The position numbers were made by a program, and so were the translations under genes. Shown here piece by piece: positions 1-12,987 of a stretch of 64,000 nt of DNA. The DNA is from Octopus sinensis (lineage: Eukaryota): the NCBI RefSeq assembly GCF_006345805.1, contig NC_042998.1, positions 106,144,001 through 106,208,000 on the forward strand, given 5' to 3'. Each line of letters begins with the position of its first letter. Positions within the stretch are counted from its first letter, which is position 1. Under the pieces are notes generated by a model. It saw only the letters and a program-made list of their open reading frames with translations, was not told the origin of the DNA and searched no databases.

Positions 1-999
1 AAATATATGCATATATACACACATACATAAATACACATGCATGTATAAGCATTCACTTACATATACATATGTATATACATATATCTATATACATATTGAT
101 AAGTATATATACATGTACATGTACACACATATACACACATACATACATACAAAGAATTCTACGTCGTATGCAACTATGTACACATACATACAAACAATTA
201 AGCACCTAATGTACACCTAGATATTAAAATATAATTTCTATGTAATAATATAAAACATATATATAATAGGTTTCATTATTGTTTCCTTCTCTATTCCTGT
301 AAGCACAGCCTTGTATTTTAATATCAATTTTAGCAATCTACTCTTACCTTCTCCTATATCTATATATATTCCTAATTAATTTTAAATATTTTCAAATTAA
401 ATTTTGATAACAATTGCTAATTCTTTAAAGCCATCTCTGGTTCTGTCTTTCCATACCTGCTACGTCTTGTGTACCCTCTGGGATCTTATAACAGTTTAAT
501 AATATTCCAATCAATTATTACTTTTATGGACACAGTAACTGACAATTTGGTCTCACACTTGTGTTTGCATATGTAACACATGATAGCTAAACAGTTCTAA
601 TTTCTTGTATAATAACCTTGCTAGCGCGGAAAACGGACATTAAACGATGATGATGATGATGATGGTTTATTTACTGATATGGTTTGTACATATATATGTT
701 TATATATGAATGTTTATATGTGTGTATTTGTATGTATATATTTATAAGTAGGAATCTAGTTATGACTACATTTGTCTATGTATATGTTGATGCATTTTGC
801 ATATGGTACAAAAATATATTTATATATCATAATTCTGTATGTTGTGGTCAGTAGGAATTTTTTTATATCATGTTAGGTTGATAGTGATATAATTTTGGTG
901 CTTATATTTAATATGGCCTACTATTTAATGTGATAATTTCTTGTAGGTCCATAGAAGCATATATATATCATAAAGCTTAGATATTCATAGTGTCTAGGA

Positions 1000-1780
1000 A
1001 AGATTTATCTTTAAGATTGTGAGCATTTAATCAATTTATCATGACCATTAATAATATTCAATTTGCATTTAGTTACTTCAAAAGTGTCAGACATGCATAA
1101 CACGCATCAACCACTTCCACCCCTATAACATAGTGCTTTATATACAATAGACCAAGTAATTTCATATCCATGTTATTATCAGAGAAAGAGAAAGAGAGAG
1201 AGCCCAAGAACTTAACCAAAGATGTACAAATAGCTTTATTTCTATACTTAAACGTACATCTATGGTTATTCTGTTGGAGTTTAAAAGGAGAGGAAGTTGT
1301 TCCTATATACATATGCTCTCTACTGAGTGTACATATACTCTTTTACTCTTTTATTTGTTTCAGTCATTTGACTGCGGCAATGTTGGAGCACCACCTTTAG
1401 TCAAGCAAATCAACCCCTGAACATATTCTTTGTAATCCTAGTATTTATTCTATTGGTCTTTTTTGCTGAACTGCTAATTTATGGGGATGTACACACTCCA
1501 GCATCGGTTGTCAAGCGATGGGGGTGGGGAACAGACACATACACACAAACATATACACACACATCATGATAGATCGCTAGCCACTACACACATTTTTTCT
1601 CCCCTTTTTTCTCTCCTTGTTTCTCTCATTTTTTTCTCTCCTTGTTTCTTTCTGTGTTCCTTTCCTTGGAAGAGTGTAGGCTTGAAACGTTAAAAACTTT
1701 TCCAATTCCTGAGCATTATGCTAATACATCTGTTTGTTTTCTGCACCACCTGTCATCGTCTTTTGTTTTTTGTGAATTCT

Positions 1781-1856
<76 letters not shown>

Positions 1857-2300
1857 TGCGTATATACACACACACATAATGGGCTTCTTTCAGTTTCCGT
1901 CTACCAAATTCACTCACAAGGCTTTGGTCAGCCTGAGGCTAAAGTAGAACACACTTGCCCAAGGTACCATGCAGTGGAGCTGAACCTGGAACCATGTTGT
2001 TGGTAAGCAAGCTACTTACCACACAGCCACTTGAGCATTTATTTCTGAAAACTGCACATTTGTAAAATGAAATTTTGCATCAGTTTTTCATTGAGTAGAT
2101 TGCAATTATGTTGATAACCACAAAAAAAATATATTTTTGGGAAGGTGTTTTTGACCATTCTTTACTCCATTATGAACTTTATTGTGATCAATTTCCATAA
2201 CTTATTTTTTTTAAATAACAATATGTCATCTACTGTCTTGAAAATGTATTTCAGCAAAATGTCATTTAAGAATATGCACTTTTAAGAGAGTTATGAGGAT
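1000..2300 (-). mobile_element. Degenerate Penelope-like element (PLE), GIY-YIG endonuclease fragment, split by a SINE
   Basis: The minus strand gives MYIGTTSSPFKLQQNNHRCTFKYRNKAICTSLVKFL (ORF 1073-1312). After a frameshift it gives GYEITWSIVYKALCYRGGSG*CVLC..., matching the PLE endonuclease pattern YIG.T...FK.R..H...F...T.L..W.I....Y.....C.LC. The extension to ~2300 beyond the SINE is weak. Confidence 0.65.
1338..2031 (-). mobile_element. tRNA-headed SINE family A (internal microsatellite, CR1-like tail)
   Basis: The reverse complement has head GTGGCTGTGTGGTAAG...GGTTCCAGGTTCAGCTCC (A/B boxes) and tail GGTGCTCCAACATTGCCGCAGTCAAATGACTGAAAC. Homologous to the copies at 42.4, 46.4, 50.1 and 60.1 kb. 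Confidence 0.85.
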
Positions 2301-2320
2301 ACAAATTTGGTGGAGGTACA

Positions 2321-2378
<58 letters not shown>

Positions 2379-2782
2379 GTGTTAATCAACCTTGGTATTA
2401 ACTATAAAACTAGAAATGTAGTCTACGGCATAATGTGCATAGAAGGAGAGTGTAAGGTCAGAAACATGACATACATTGTAGAGACCCCTAGGAGTAAAAC
2501 AAAGAGACTGAATGAGCACTAGAGAGAATATGATGACAAGAAACAGTCCTCCATATTCTATCAACATGCCAAAGAACAACATTGTGGCACACTGGGATGA
2601 ATTGACATCAACATTTTGTCCGAGCACCCGAAGGACCCATCACAAATACAAGAGTATGTCCTCATAAATGAAACATTACATATACAAAACAGGAAATACA
2701 CATAAAAGGTAGAGATACCCAATGCCATAGATACCACCCACAGAGTATACACACATAGGCACATTAGTAGGTAGCCAGTCAA

Positions 2783-3130
<348 letters not shown>

Positions 3131-3964
3131 GTAATATGGGCAGACAAGCACATGCACACACATGAGACAGAAACATGACCATATATACACACACACTCCA
3201 CACACACATACACACATAGAAACATATAGACACATATACATGCACAACAGGCACATGTACATACTCAAACAAGCTCATATACATAAACACACTCAAACAT
3301 GCACACACAAGGAAACAGAGGTACTCACACGAACACACACACGTGCACACACACACAAGCAAACACACACACCCAAGCACACACGCAAACACATGAATAT
3401 GTAGAAAACATACATACACACATATATACACACACATACGTACACAAACTCACAAGCTCACATACACAAACACATGAATATGCGGAATACATACATATAT
3501 ACATACATACACACACACACATACGTACACAAACACACAAGCACACATACATGGATGCATGAATATGCAGAATACATCCATCCATACATACATACTCAAG
3601 GACACATGGAAGCTGGCACACACATACACACAACAAAATCTCAAGCAGACAAACAAACACACCCTCTATAACAATGAGTCAATAGTTACTGAGAAGGTTG
3701 CAAAAAAGCAATGAAAGAACTTTGACAAAAACAAACAAAAAAATTGGATATCTAGTAAATGAGTGGAACTGGACCAGTGTGTTAAGAATATTGGCATGGT
3801 GACTCTCCCATGGTGACCAGCATTTCTCAATCAGGGTTCCCCGGAACCCTAGGGTTCCGCAAAAGGTTCCTAGGGGTTCTGTGAGAAAGAATGAGGTAAG
3901 CTAATGCTACTTTCATGATCATGATATTACTACACTTGTACAACATATTATTGGTTATTGTATT

Positions 3965-4179
3965 ATTTCTTTATTGCCCACTGGGGGATAAACATAGAGG
4001 GGACAAACAAGGATAGACAAAGGGATTAAGTTGATTACATCGACCCCAGTGCATAACTAGTACTAATTTAATAGACCCCAAAAGGATGAAAGGCAGAATT
4101 TGAATTGAGAATGACATACCGGTAGATGAAATACCGCTAAGTATTTCACCCAGCATGCTAATGATTCTGCCAGCTTGCC
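3965..4179 (-). mobile_element. tRNA-headed SINE family B
   Basis: Reverse-complement homolog of the 12473-12701 copy (GGCAAGCTGGCAGAA...GCCTTTCATCCTTTTGGGGTC...AGTACTAG). Confidence 0.8.
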
Positions 4180-4256
4180 CTGGTTATTGTAATTTTGTAA
4201 TATAGACATCATCCTATCTAACTTATTATGTTATCAAAAAAATATAACAACCATAT

Positions 4257-4404
4257 AGGAAGGGCATTAGGAGGGCATCCAGCCGTAGAAACACTGCCAG
4301 ATCAGAGTGGGCCTGATGCGGCTTCACAGACCCCAGTTGAACTGTCCAACCCATGCTAGCATGGAAAGCGGATGCTAAATGATGATGATGATGATGATGA
4401 TGAT
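4257..4404 (+). mobile_element. RTE-tail repeat (family C) ending in (GAT)n
   Basis: GGCATTAGGAGGGCATCCAGC...CCATGCTAGCATGGAAAGCGGATGCTAAAT(GAT)n, the same tail as the 3' end of the RTE LINE at 53.06-53.3 kb. Confidence 0.8.
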
Positions 4405-4408
4405 ATAT

Positions 4409-4760
4409 ATCTTTATATATATAAAACTGAGAATGTGTGTCTGTCTGTCTGTGTGTTTCCCTAAAACTTGAGAACTACACAACCAATTTCATTCAAATTT
4501 TATATATGCCTTACTTAGGGTCCGGGGAGGTGGACCCTAAGTGAACTTTTTGCCTAGGGCGAGCCCACAGCAATATCATATCTTCTCCACTACAGTTCCC
4601 TAAAATTGAGACTACACAACCAATTCCATTCAAATTTACACATGCCTTACTTAGGGTCCATGTAGTTTCATGGGAAACAAAATTGTTCAACTTTCTTGCC
4701 TAGAGCGAGCCCATAGGAATATCATATCTCTCACTATTTCAGGATTACGTGTTAAAGTGA
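4409..4760 (+). mobile_element. Helitron-like non-autonomous 5' fragment with internal ~140 bp duplication
   Basis: Starts A|TCTTTATATAT...TGTGTGTCTGTC, like the Helitron at 32589. The unit ccctaaaa.ttgaga.ctacacaaccaatt...gcgagccca occurs twice. Confidence 0.45.
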
Positions 4761-5904
4761 AAACAAAAACATTTCTCTTATTTTATGTCAGATACTTTCA
4801 CTTTAAATAATAAAATAATAATAACAATTGAATATATGTAGTAAGTAATAATTAAAATCAAGCTAAAGTATAATATTTATCGTAACATGACAAAAGTAAA
4901 AAATAGGGCAATTGGTATAAAATTGCATCAATGACTGAACTGGATCAGTGTTCACATGAATGGGAATAAATAAAAAATAAAATTTAAATGCAGAAATGGA
5001 ATAGTCCAGATGGAGGTGTGCACGGCTTTTACATTAGATTATTTGCTAATTAGCTAAGCATTTACGCATTCTACTGAGTACGCTGTTAGTTTATTTCTGA
5101 TCCATAAAGCTTATAGCTTCAACAGAGTACGCTGTTTTGGCTTACTGTAGGGTTTGTGTTATTATTATTTTCTGTTTAACTATTGGTACCCTGTTTGTTG
5201 GTTCCTCATAAGGGAAGCATTGTTGTGTTGCATGGTTAAATAATTGTAACTTTGGGAAAAGGAGCTTGGTTTATTGTTTAAAAATTGAATTTGTCCTGCT
5301 TTGGGAATTGACAATATTTTCACCGTTTACACGGAAGTATTTTTGTTAAAATGTCTTCGATAGAAGAAAGTCCAAAATATGAATTTCGCTGTGCAGCCCA
5401 TCGGATTGTAGCCACACTTCTATACAAGAGGGAGGACAAGATACAATTGATCGAAATTACAAGAGATAGGCTACAATTCCAGTCTGTTATATATTTTGAG
5501 TATTTTATCACTAGCGATATCAAGATAAACTTTGTATTTGTATTATGTGTAGAGTATATATATAGATGTACATGTAATATGTACACATATATATACACAT
5601 ATACATGCACTAGCACTATGACCGGCAAACAATAGGTTTTAATGCTAGTATATATATATATATGATATTTACCATGTGAACTACGATGAAAAACATATAA
5701 GAAAGATATGGTACATAATTTTTGTTTTGTGCAGGGGTTCCTTGAGACATGTAATTTATTTTAAGGGTTATGCAAGGGTAAAAAGGTTGAGAGACACTGC
5801 TCTAGACACAACAAAATGTGTGTGTGTGTGTGTGTGTGCGCGTGTGTGTGTGTGCATATATGTGTATATACATATATTCATATATAAATGCACATACATA
5901 CACA

Positions 5905-6185
5905 CCATCATCGTCATTTAATGTCTGCTTTCCCAGCTGGCATGGGGTGGACAGTTTGACTGAGGTCTGAAGGGCCAGCAGCTGCACCAGGCTCCAATCT
6001 GATCTGGCAATGTATCTGCAGCTGGATGCCCTTCCTAATGCCAAACACTCCGAGTATGTAGTGGGTGCTGTTTTATGTGCCACCAGCACAGGAGCCAGTC
6101 AGGTGGGCCTGGCATCGATCACATTCAGATAGTGCTTTTTATGTGCCACCTGCACAGAAGCCTGTCAGAGGGTACTGGCACCAGC
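5905..6185 (-). mobile_element. RTE-tail repeat family C with internal tandem units
   Basis: (ATC)n-ATTTAATGTCTGC...GGATGCCCTTCCTAATGCC, plus repeated TTTTATGTGCCACC units. Confidence 0.75.
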
Positions 6186-6908
6186 AAATATCATGTTCAT
6201 CATCTAATATCCCCTTTTTTCCATGGTTACATGAATCAAACAGAATTTGTTGAGACAAATTTTCAATGGCTAGATGTCATATCTGTTGCCAACCCTCATT
6301 TGTCTCCAAGTAACGTAATATTTCCCCATGACCAAACATATTTTCACAGAAGATTGGATAGGAAGGACACCACTTGCATGTCAGTGCCATATTTATTACT
6401 ATCACAAGAAGACAATGCAACAAGACAGTAGCACACACTTGCTCACATGCACACATACATAAACATACATTATTAGTTGTGACCTGAGACTATAGCAGAA
6501 GACACTTGCCCACAGTGGCATGCAGTGGGACTGAACCCAGGACTGTGTGCATGGGAAGCAAACTTCTTACCACACAGCAATATCTGCACCTGACAGTAAT
6601 GCCTACACCTATATATATATATATATATCACATGATTACATGACAGATCAGGCTATCAGATGTTGTTACACATCGCTGGTCACAATGTGCTTTCGCATTG
6701 TTTTAGTCTTCAAATGATACCACCCTGCTGGCTGGGTGAGCAGGCAAACAATCCCCTTGATCGAAGGGGGACTGGCACATCGCACTGCCCAGTTAAGGAA
6801 TCATACCTGTGATCTAGTGATTGTGCATGCAACAGCCTAACAACAAGGTCAAGCACCTTTACATATGTGCATGTGAGTGTGTGTGTGTGTGTGTGTAAGT
6901 ATTCATGT

Positions 6909-6962
<54 letters not shown>

Positions 6963-8524
6963 GTGTATTTTTGTGTATGATTGTGTGTATTACTTAAGAA
7001 ACAGTAGCATCTAACCACATTGCTTACACACACACACACACGCACAAACACACACACACACACAAACACACACACATAAACACACACACACACACAGATG
7101 AATATGTAAGCTAAAAGACGTGCACTTAGAAGTAAAAAAAAATTGTTTTTTCTTTTTCTTTTAATAATAAAGAATATAAACATTTATCTATGAATCGGGT
7201 TGCTGAAGCAGAGACAGGTTTAGACAAGTTTCTTCGTGTTGCTTTGGTGATGACCTTAACCTTCCAGCAACTACCATTTACTTCCTTACACATACACACA
7301 CACACACAACACACACACACACACACACATATGCATAAACATGAATCCACACACAGTCGCAAGTCTCTTTGCATTGTAAATATCTTTTTCTTTCATCTTT
7401 CACCCTTTCTCCTCCTCTTATTATCCAACTTCCCATAATCTCTTCCGTCTCTTTTACTCTCTCTCTCTCTCTCTCTCCCTCTCACTCACTCTCTCTCTCT
7501 CTTACTCTCATTATCATTTCTGTTTCTCATCATTACCGTTCTCTCTCCCTCTCTTTCTTCTAATCTATCTACCTCTCTCTCACATATATACTCTATCTCT
7601 CACATACCACAAATGAACTAACCCCTCTCTCTCTCTCTCTCTCCTCTTATACATGCACACATACAATTTATCACACACATTTTCACATCTATCTCTCCCC
7701 GCAACTACTTCATTCCCTCTCACTCCTACTCTTATAATTACTGACATCTTCATCCTCCCTCCCTCACTCTCTTTAATGCATATATTTTCTCTCCTCTTCC
7801 TTTCATTCAATCCATCCCCATCCCCTCAACCCTCTTTCATCTATTTATATATTTACTTTCTCTTTTCCAAACTCACTCTCACTTTCCATACCGCTCTCTC
7901 TTTCTTTTCTCTCTGTATATTACACATAAACATATTGCATACATTCATACATACACACATACATACAAACCTACATACATTCATGCATTTATGCATATAT
8001 ATATATAAATAAATATACATACACACACGCACACACACACAAATACTCACACATATATATGTATGTATGTATGTACATATGTATGTAATATCAGAATCAT
8101 TAGCATCTTGGACAAAATGCTCTGTGGCCTTTCTTCCAGTTTTACATTCTGAGTTCAAATTCCACCAAAGTCAGCTTTGCCTTTCATCCTTCTAGACTTG
8201 ATGAAATTAGTACCAGCCAAGTACTGGGGTCAAAGTAATCAACTTCAAGTTTTGTGTATATAACTGAAAGGATTGTATAATATATACATACTCGTACATG
8301 CATACACATGTATTTATATAAACATACACTCATAAGCAGATATGTTTACATTTGGATACGAGTGCACATGCATATATACACATACACACATACACACCAA
8401 CATATACACAAGAACAACATGCTCACATGCATACATACAAACCCACATACATAGAAGCATGTATTTAGATATCCAGATGTACACACACATACACATATCC
8501 AGATGTATACACACATACACAATG

Positions 8525-9125
8525 TTCTGAGTGGCATGGGTGCTTTAAAAGGAAAAGAACATCCCTGGAAGACAATGAGCGATCTGGAAGACCTGCCATA
8601 TGAGTCACCCCCAGAAATGTGGTTTTGTCCATTGAGAATTTGTTCCCCAGGGTCAGACCATCAAACAAGAGTTCCATCACGACATTTGGAAGCATGTGAG
8701 GAAGGATATTCACCAAAAGTGACTGGATCTATGAAGTGCAAAGAATTGGATTCTTCATAACAAAAATGCACTTTGTCACTGTGCTCCCCTCAATCGTGAG
8801 TTTCTCACTAAAAACAATATGGTATCGCTTCTACACTTGCCCCATTCACCAGATTTAGCACCTGCTGACTACCATTTCTTCTCCAAGATGAAAATGCAGC
8901 TCAAAGGTCGCCATCCTAACACCATTGTCAGGATCCAGAGCAAATTGCAGATGGTTGACTCGCTTATGGAAAACAACTTCCAGGCCAGATTCCAAGAGTG
9001 ACAGGAATACTGGAACCAGTGTATTGCTGAACAAGGTGACTATTTCGAAGGAGTTGATGCTAAAACTTTGGTAAATAAGTTATTTTTTATTAAACTAAGC
9101 CAGGAACTTTTTGATACAACTGTGT
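8525..9125 (+). mobile_element. Degenerate mariner transposon fragment
   Basis: ORF 8819-9001 contains HLPHSPDLAPADYHFF (mariner YSPDLAP-D motif). A TIR-like end CCAGGAACTTTTTGATACAACTGTG-TA follows. Confidence 0.75.
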
Positions 9126-9359
9126 ATATCCATGTGTGTATAGACAGACAGGTGTACATGTACACAAGTACACAAATACATATACCTAGAAAAATATGCA
9201 TTAAATATACACACATATGCACACACACCTAAATATACTCACACACACACACTCACAAATACATGCATAACTACACAATACATATAAACAAATGCACACA
9301 CACACATTTTTCTTTCCTCCAACATATATCAATTATTTCATTGATTCAGTAAAACAGGA

Positions 9360-9585
9360 AGGCAGCAAGCTGGCAGAAACATTAGCATGTCGGGTGAAAT
9401 GCTTTGTGGTATTTCATCTGTCTTTACGTTCTGAGTTTAAATTCCACTGAGATCAACTTTGCCTTTCATCCTTTCGGGGTCGATAAATTAAGTACCAGTT
9501 ACATACTGGGGTTGATCTAATCGACTGCGCCCCCCCCACCGCCTCTCCCAAAAAATTTCAGGCTTTGTGCTTAGAGAAGAAAAGA
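9360..9585 (+). mobile_element. SINE family B
   Basis: GGCAGCAAGCTGGCAGAAACATTAGC...GCCTTTCATCCTTTCGGGGTCGATAAATTAAGTACCAG. Confidence 0.85.
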
Positions 9586-10346
9586 TTCAGTAAAACAAGT
9601 TATAATCGATCTTATGTAATCTAAAGTTGGATGCACTTGTATGTTTAGGGGAGGAACTTCTATATGATCATCCACATGTTACACAACATGGATGTTTCCC
9701 AGCTGATAGAATAACTCCTACGTGGTTGTTCTCCTGCTAGAAAGAACAGGCAAATCAAGCAAATCTCTTAAATCAAACTCTACAGCAGAGCTTCCAGGCA
9801 AAATTTGGCAAGCTGAAATAAAACTTGTTTGAAGCTCCATGGAGAGTGGGAGGACTTCTTTTGAATATCTTGAACCTTAGCTTGACCCTGAAGGCTCTGG
9901 ATTGATGACCCATCTGGATCTCCACCTTTTTGTATAAACTGTTCATATGATAATAAAAGAACATATTCAACAAGGGCTACTTCTAGATATAGGAAAAGAT
10001 TAGACTGGTCACAGATGGTAAGATCTAGGATTATATGTCTGCTTGGTCTGTGATGACTTGAGGCTTAACAACAACAACAACAGCAGTAGCACCGGCAGCA
10101 ACAGCAACAACAGCAGCAGCAACAACAACAACAACAACAACAACACCAACAATAGGGCTTTCCTCAAACTACTGCTAAAATGTGTATGTGGTCATTTGAC
10201 ATGCTAGAAATAACAACTAAATCTTCAGATAACATTCTATCATCGGACAGGACTATCATGAATGCAACAAAGATCTATAATCACAGGGCAACTGAATAAG
10301 GGTTGACCTGTAGCTGAACATTAACAGTGACCTTCTTGGTATAAAG

Positions 10347-10664
10347 CAGGGGTTCCCAACTGGGATCCACATGGACTCCTAGGGGTCCACAGAAGCTCTA
10401 AGAGGGTCCATGAGTAAAAAATTGTAATTTGTAGGGCCAATGTATAAATGTTGTTTACTAGGAGAGGTACCTGTATTTATTGAAATTTTCAAGATTCGTA
10501 TTTGGAATTTATTTTATGAATATAACGAAATTGTTTCATTGTTAGTTTTTACTAACCTACAAACAAATATTTTAATTCAAAAATTTGCATGTGTATATAT
10601 GAGATCCACAGATGATAAGATAGCTCTCAGGGGTCCACAAGCAAAATAAGTTTGGGAAACTTTG
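10347..10664. mobile_element. hAT (Buster/Charlie-type) MITE
   Basis: TIRs CAGGGGTTCCCAA / TTGGGAAACTTTG, with a perfect 8-bp TSD GTATAAAG at 10339-10346 and 10665-10672 and GGGTCCA subterminal repeats. Confidence 0.9.
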
Positions 10665-10734
10665 GTATAAAGGGATATTTGGCAAAAGAGGATTATTTAT
10701 GCTGGATGGCTTATATATATTTATTATTTCTTTT

Positions 10735-11117
10735 ATATCTTATTTAGTTTAGTCATAGAATTTTGGCCATCTTAGAGTTCTGCCTTCAAGGGTTTAGTCA
10801 AACAAATCAATCCCTGTACTTATTTTTTAAAGTCTGGTGCTTATTCTAACATTTTTTTTGCCAAACTGATAAGGTGGTAGAGGAGGACAAGCACAAACAC
10901 TAAGACACACATACATATATATACACCCATATACACAAACACACATACACATGTATACAATGGGCCTCCACACAGTCACAATCTACCATATTTATTCACA
11001 GGGCATTTGTTGACTCAGGGCTATAGTAGAAGATACTTGCTCAAAGTGCCATAGAGTGGGATTGAACCCAAAACTACATGGTTGCAAAACAAACTTCTTA
11101 GCCAAACACTCATGCCT
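10735..11117 (-). mobile_element. Degenerate SINE family A
   Basis: Diverged head (...gggattgaacccaaaactacatggttgc) and diverged tail. Confidence 0.65.
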
Positions 11118-11916
11118 GTTAAAATACATGAGATAAACATTGATTATATAAGATAAATGAAGCTGTTGTTTGGCCAGTTTTCCATATACAGTAGCAGGTT
11201 TGAAAATACAAAGGCATCAGCAGATTGCTTAAATGCTGTTGATCCCTGATTATTAACTTTCATGCATCAGTGATTATGTTGCAATTGTGAAGAAAAAAAT
11301 TGGATATGTTTGCAAGTTGCAACTAGTTTTGTCTTGAGATTTAAGAACTAATTTCAACTTACCACCACATGTACAAATTTTTCCTTGAGAATTTCAGAGA
11401 TAAAACGAACAACCATGAAACATGATAGATGACAGATGACAAGCAATGGGCTACTCCACATACTCTATATTCAATCATCATATTACTTACAAAACCTGCA
11501 GATGTATGTATTTGACCAATTGAACAAGACTGTGCTTCATGTTGTGTATTCTTTGTTTACCTCATACAATTAAAACACAGACACATACATGCATGTACAC
11601 ACACATGCACATATATACATGTACAAGTATTTATGTAAATAAATGTATGTACATACATTTAAACATACATGTTGGCATTAGGAAGGGCATCCAAAGGAAT
11701 CATGCCAAAACAGATATGGTGCTGGGGCAGCTCTTCAAACTGTCCAACTCATGCCAGCATGGAAAACTGACATCAAATTATGATGATGATGATACATAAA
11801 CAAGAATCTTGAAAAGAACTTAAACCATGAATATATATATATAAATATATATATGTATGTATGTATAAATATATATATATAATATATATATATTATTCAA
11901 AGTAATTCCAACTCTA

Positions 11917-12332
11917 TTTTTTATGTTTTATTTATATTCCTTTTAATATTAATGTAGAATATAGAATATATAGTATAAATACTATATATATAGTAAAATG
12001 AAATGAAGTATTGATTGTCTTATTGAATAGATGAAATATTGAATATAAAATATTAAGGGACTAGTATACTTTCTTGCATTATAGCAGTCTTCAAGGTCCC
12101 AGGTTGTGACAGGAGTGTTTCAACAGTTGAAACTTCCTGTCACAGCCTGGGACCTTGAAGACTGCTATAATGCAAGAAAGTATACTAGTCCCTTAATATT
12201 TTATATTCAATATTTCATCTATTCAATAAGACAATCAATACTTCATTTCATTTTACTATATATATAGTATTTATACTATCTATTCTATATTCTACATTAA
12301 TATTATTAAGAATATAAATAAAACATAAAAAA
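11917..12332. repeat. ~416 bp fold-back palindrome (inverted PLE-pLTR-like pair)
   Basis: Arms of ~207 bp are reverse complements, with only a few mismatches, around GTTTCAAC-A-GTTGAAAC (centre 12125). Confidence 0.95.
12149..12192 (+). ncRNA. Type-I minimal hammerhead ribozyme-like motif (mirror copy on minus strand at 12057-12100)
   Basis: GGGAC-CUUGAAGA-CUGC(UAUAAU)GCAA-GAA-AGUAUACU-A-GUCCC: a 5-bp stem I, a near-canonical core with one extra U, and a palindromic stem III. Predicted cleavage after A12187. Confidence 0.6.
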
Positions 12333-12341
12333 CAGACAGTG

Positions 12342-12342
12342 T

Positions 12343-12406
<64 letters not shown>
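12342..12406. repeat. (GAT)n microsatellite
   Basis: Directly visible. Confidence 0.95.
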
Positions 12407-12472
12407 ATTACTGAGTGGACTAAGATCCCTGTTGACAGTCACTGGTATTTATAGATTAGGTATTTATAGAAA

Positions 12473-12701
12473 GGCGGCGAGCTGGCAGAAACGTTAGCAT
12501 GCCGGGCGAAATGCTTAGCGGTATTTCGTCTGTCTTTACGTTGTGAGTTCAAATTCCGCCGAGGTTGACTTTGCCTTTCATCCTTTCGGGGTCGATAAAT
12601 TAAGTACCAGTTACGCACTGGGGTCGATGAATTCGACTTAATACCTATGTCTGTCCTTGTTTGTCCCCTCTGTGTTTAGCCCCTTGTGGGTAATAAAGAA
12701 A
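12473..12701 (+). mobile_element. Intact tRNA-derived SINE family B with TSD
   Basis: Head GGCGGCGAGCTGGCAGAAACG...GAGTTCAAATTCC and core GCCTTTCATCCTTTCGGGGTCGATAAATTAAGTACCAG (resembles the Meta-SINE central domain). Flanked by the direct repeat TAGGTATTTATAGA. Confidence 0.9.
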
Positions 12702-12954
12702 TAGGTATTTATAGATTATTAAACACTTTTGGTATGCAAATGAGGGACTCTTTCATAGAGTAACTGCTGCATTTGTTGAATTTATAAACAGTTTGGCTAC
12801 TAATTTCTCTGGGGATTGTGAAAATGATGTGGACACCTCCTATGAGAACCCACTAAGGTTTGAAAATCAATTAAAGTTGTTCATCATTTTTTTTTTCAGT
12901 CTGAGGAGAAATGGCTAAAATTTGCCATGTTTATAATTACACCATATGTTATGA

Positions 12955-12987
<33 letters not shown>

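Larger units (their letters stand above)
3818..5799. mobile_element. hAT (Charlie/Buster-like) non-autonomous element with nested SINEs and a Helitron-like piece
   Basis: The ends CAGCATTTCTCAA and TTGAGAGACACTG are imperfect TIRs, with subterminal GGGTTCC repeats at both ends. The right flank CTCTAGAC fits the nnnTAnnn target consensus, but the left TSD is not matched. Confidence 0.55.
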
